Program-made: the position numbers and the translations under genes
Shown: one piece after another, positions 59,771-64,000 of the stretch
Position numbering within the stretch: the stretch's first letter is position 1
Layout: each line of letters opens with the position of its first letter
The notes under the pieces: generated by a model
The model's database searches: none
Seen by the model: the letters and a program-made list of their open reading frames with translations, nothing else
Told to the model about the DNA's origin: nothing
Assembly: GCF_001194135.2 (NCBI RefSeq)
Contig: NC_068985.1
Span: forward strand, 31,439,547-31,503,546
Length of the DNA: 64,000 nucleotides
Reading direction: 5' to 3'
From: Octopus bimaculoides
Taxonomy: Eukaryota

Positions 59771-61868
59771 TTCAACATAATACATGTAATAAAATCAGTT
59801 GTTGTTTCAAAATGCAATTAAGGTATGAGACATGTCCTTTCAAAAATAATATACAATGCCTCATGTATGAAGAACTCCCCAAGCATAAGGTTTAACAATA
59901 TTACTTGTCTAAATCTTTCCACACAAAGGATATTTGTAAAACAATCAAAAACATTCAAACAAAGCTTCCAACAAATGTAATCACAACATTCACAGTATAA
60001 TCATCTGGAAAAGAATTAAATTTAGTTAGGATGTTCACACAGGGTGCTGAAATGAAATTAAATCAATATAAATATTAGCATGTTTGTCACCTAAGGTAAA
60101 ATCAAGGAACATATAAAGAACAATGACATTAACAGTCTATTAATTGCTCTAGTCCTCAATGACAAGCTTAAAATCTCAAGGTATTCTTAAATTCACATAT
60201 TCTAGCACTTTGAATAAGAATGAAGCAATGAAAGTATACTTCTGTAATCAAAGAAATGCTTGAAGGGAATTACCAGATGTTATTACAAGAAATGAAGCAC
60301 AAATAACTCTGAAGACTGGTCTTCATTGATACATCAGTGTTAATAAATATAGAACACATTCACACACACACATACCACACACACACACACACACACACAT
60401 ACCACACACACACATACCACACACACACATACCACACACACACATACCACACACACACAAGCACACACAAAACACCCACACACCCACCTCTCTCTCTCAC
60501 ACACACACATACACACATCATGAACCTTGTAGTGGTTTTGGCAATGAGTACTCTAGTTGTTTGATTAATGGAACATGTTACACATTGTATCATGGTTAAA
60601 ATGGCTGAGTATTCTACAGACAGTTTAATACAAACTAGCATGACATCACGTGGGACAAGGTTTAACACTCAGATCATTGGTACAGTCTCTTCAACTGTTA
60701 CTTTCATATCTAGCATGATATCGGAAAAAAACAAAACAATATGCAACTCCACTTATAAGAATTGATCCTGGAGAAAGGTTCAAAGTGCCACCAATGTAAA
60801 ATATGTTCATAGTTCCAGTCATCATCATCACCATCATCATTTCACATCCATTTTCCATGCTGGTAGGGGTTGAATAATTTGACAGGAGCTGGCCAGCAGG
60901 AGAGCTGCACCAGGCTCCAATTGTCTGTTTTAGTATGGCTTCTACAGCAGGATGCCCTTCTTAATGCCAACCATTTTACAGAATGTACTGAGTGTTTTTC
61001 ACGTGGCACTAGCACCAGTGGTATTACGTGGCACTGGCATGGGTGCTTTATACGTGGATCTGACACAGGTGCTCTTTATGTGGCACCGACATGGGTGATT
61101 TTTATGTGACCTCCAGTAGAAATAATATTAGTGGTATATTGAAAGCCACAGTATAAGTGTTTTCTTATTGTAAAACTTTATGTAAATTTTGCTAACACTG
61201 TTTTTAGTCTTTCAACATTTGTTCTTGTTTCACAAACAACAATTCCAACTTCTCAAATCTCTTGTCTGGATAATTTGAGAAATAATAAAAATATTTCATG
61301 TAGACATGATGTAATAATAAAAATAGGAAATAAGTCCCCCTCAAGAACTCAACTAAATGTAAGTAAAATAGACAGGACAAGTCAATGAGAGAGATCTATG
61401 TTGTTGCTTGACTTGTTGGAAACAACAGTCAAATTTCCTCAACTTTCAAAAAAAGTAAGAGGGTTGCATTGAACAATACTCTAAGTATACAAAAGATGGA
61501 ATGGTGATATGTGGAATGCCTTTGATCATAGGTCAACTCAGTGAAGGCTCACCTGATGTTAAATAGTATCAACAACGAGTGGTCTGACATAACTTGGGAT
61601 AGAAAGTAGAAGATTTGAGTTGTTGCAAAGTCAGATATCCAATGAGCCTGCGTATCTCAATAAAAGCCAGTGAAAATGATATATACAATGGACAGCTGTT
61701 ACAGAATTTACATCTATTATAGCCTGATTTTAGATTCACATTTGAAATTATATTTATTGGTGCATTTGGCTATGTTACTTAATGTTTACACACTAATCTT
61801 CAAATATCTCCATTTCTTTTCACTTTTCTTCACAATGTCAGTTCATAAATGTTTAACAACTGTATCAA

Positions 61869-63235
61869 TCACACAAATTTTGGAGGGTCTGTGAATGTTA
61901 TGGGTACTTCCTCTTCCTCCTGAATAATTTATTGAAGAAATAGTGTAGTTTTGTAAAGTGTACTGAAGTGTACTTCTCAGTTTATGCATTGAATTGTAAC
62001 ACTACTGACTGCAACTTTATTGAATAACTAATGAATGAAGCATGGGCAGAGATTTAGGTGAAAATGTCAGAACACTGGAATGTAAGCCTTAAAGTATTTA
62101 ATTAAGCTATATTCTGTGTTCAAGTCATACTTGGTTGACTTTTCTTTTCATCCAAATAAATACCAATATTAAATTTCAGTCAATTTTGTCAACTAAATTC
62201 TTCCTCTCTAAAAGAATGTCTTAATTTCAGGTGGATCATACACATTTTTCTAATTCAATTTCAGTCATAGTTATTGAATCGATGCCTCTTACAAGAGTAC
62301 TAGAAATCCTTTCTGCAACATGAACACAGCAAGGACAGAAATCATCTCTGCAAAAATTTATCAAGATATTTTAAATATATCTCTTTAATTGCAGTTTCAA
62401 TTACTATGGAAATCATAGATATTTTTTCATTATCTAACAATTTAAACCAGAAATACCAAAGTGATTCAAATTATTAAAGGATAGCAACAAATATATCACC
62501 AGCCTCTAAGGAGACTAGCTTATTGATTTCCAATATTGGTTTGAAGCCACTAATTTTTAATATGAAAGGTACAGTTGATCAAATCAATTCCAATATTTCC
62601 CTTGTATTTATTTTATCACAATGATGAAAAGCAAAGTTGATTCTTGAAGAAGTTAAATGTTTCTTCTGCTTGCATTATTGAGTTCAAAATCTCTCACATG
62701 CAACAATTTACATGTATTGCACATGTACATATACACATGCATGTAAACATTTACATACGCATATACATGAACTGAAATAAAGCAATATCCTGTTCAGAAC
62801 ATGATCCGTTTGTCAATTAAGAAAATATATAAACTTTCTTCAAATCATTATGCATGAAATAAAAAAATATTGTATAATTAATGTACAAGAGCAATAATTT
62901 TCAAAAATTAAAAGAGAATTTTAAAAATAAGCAAACAAATACAAATAATGTCTATTCACATAGTAATTGAAGTTAAAGCCATTTCAGTTCCAAAAAGATT
63001 GGATGGTTCAGTTATATTACATATTTTCTTTGCATTCAGTTTCAATAGAATTTTGTCTTATTTTCTAAAATAGAAGTTGAAGACTTGTTAATTTCATACA
63101 GCTGTTCATATTTTGAAAAGTATTATAGGAGACTTGAACAGTAGTATATCAAGAGTTTTCTAAAGTTTATATGAAAATTAAAGTATGTATACTTTAGCAC
63201 CTTTGGGAAGTTATTTTGAGAAATGTTGTTAGCAA
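61869..63235 (-). CDS. 3' end of an unidentified minus-strand gene: join(63235..63193, 62347..62293, 61919..61869), ..ANNISQNNFPKVLKDDFCPCCVHVAERISSTLEEEEVPITFTDPPKFV*
   Basis: Three AG/GT-bounded exons (TTTTTTTAG, TTTTTGCAG and ATTATTCAG acceptors) with matching phases 2 and 0 and an open frame to TGA. Minus-strand AATAAA at 61758-61753. Confidence 0.55.
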
Positions 63236-63689
63236 CTAAAAAAAATGTTGTTTTTTTTAATTTCAAATCTATTATTTTCTACATATATTCAATGGGCCTC
63301 ATGGAAAATATGCTATGGAAAAAAAAAAAGAAAAGACTTACATCAGTTAGAGCGAAACATGCAATAGATAAATATAATGTGATTTACACAAGTGAAAGAA
63401 TGCACAGAAAATACAAATATTATTGTATAATTTTATAAGCAAAACTTACAAAAAGTTAATAATAAATCATAATAAATACCTTTCCCCACATAATAGGAAA
63501 AGCTCTTCACAAATTAATCAATCTCAAATGCAAGTATATAAATGTAAAATAATTTGCAAAGAAAACCTATAACTGTTGAATTTATAACTAATGTTTTAGG
63601 CAGGAAACCTTGTAAGTGATTAAAATTAATGATAGTTTCCAGTTGCAGTTGAAAAACATATTCATTTTTATATCAGTACATAATTGTAA

Positions 63690-63800
63690 TTATGTGTGTG
63701 TGTGTGTGTGTGTGCGTGTGTGTGTGCGTGCGTGTGTGTGTGTGTGTGTGCGTGTGTGTGTGTGTGTGTACATGTATGTGTGTATGCGTGTATGTGTGTA
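63690..63800. repeat. (TG)n/(TGCG)n microsatellite; representative of many (TA)n, (CA)n, (GA)n, (AAT)n and (CAT)n tracts
   Basis: Directly visible. Other tracts at ~410-480, 28010-28200, 29735-29770, 31320/31760, 43780, 44290, 45900, 47810 and 60360-60520. Confidence 0.95.
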
Positions 63801-64000
63801 TATTGTATATGTATTTTATTTATTTATTTATTTATTTTATAATCATATATGCATATATCTTTTTACTTCCCCATGCTTTTCACAGAAAATTGGAAAATCA
63901 GAAAAAATAATTTTAATATAACTTCTAAGTTTAATTGTTTGGTGTTTGGAATTAATAAAGATGGTGAAAAGATCTTGCTTTGGTTTATTTTCCACTGAAA

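Noticed and set aside
59200-61270. Strong minus-strand acceptors at ~61268, 60004 and 59350
   Set aside because: No consistent donor or phase chain; frames stop quickly. Such acceptors arise by chance in AT-rich DNA.

Overview
AT-rich, repeat-dense animal DNA with assembly gaps. The SINE families, RTE-type tails and long (TA)/(CA) microsatellites point to a cephalopod, most likely Octopus (inference). The main gene is a + strand, 7-coding-exon (11027-36951, ~594 aa) six-ankyrin-repeat IkappaB-family protein. It most resembles the atypical nuclear BCL3 type: no DSGxxS degron, an N-terminal PLKKRK motif and an acidic tail. Its upstream region holds four near-perfect IRF elements and its third intron holds a palindromic kappaB site. 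A candidate in-frame cassette exon contains two TGA codons. A divergent TATA/CCAAT/E-box promoter fires leftwards at ~8.65 kb. An orphan minus-strand first coding exon (MAAVNP) lies at 41.98 kb, and small minus-strand exons of unidentified gene(s) lie at 55 kb and 62-63 kb. The rest is transposon debris: a full-length dead Tigger, Gypsy integrase, two CRE-clade non-LTR ends, hAT, Tc1/mariner, CR1-like LINEs, a Helitron with intact termini, MITEs, many SINEs and two decayed Penelope-type minimal hammerhead ribozymes. Gene models were built by hand from splice signals and phase; no database search was possible.
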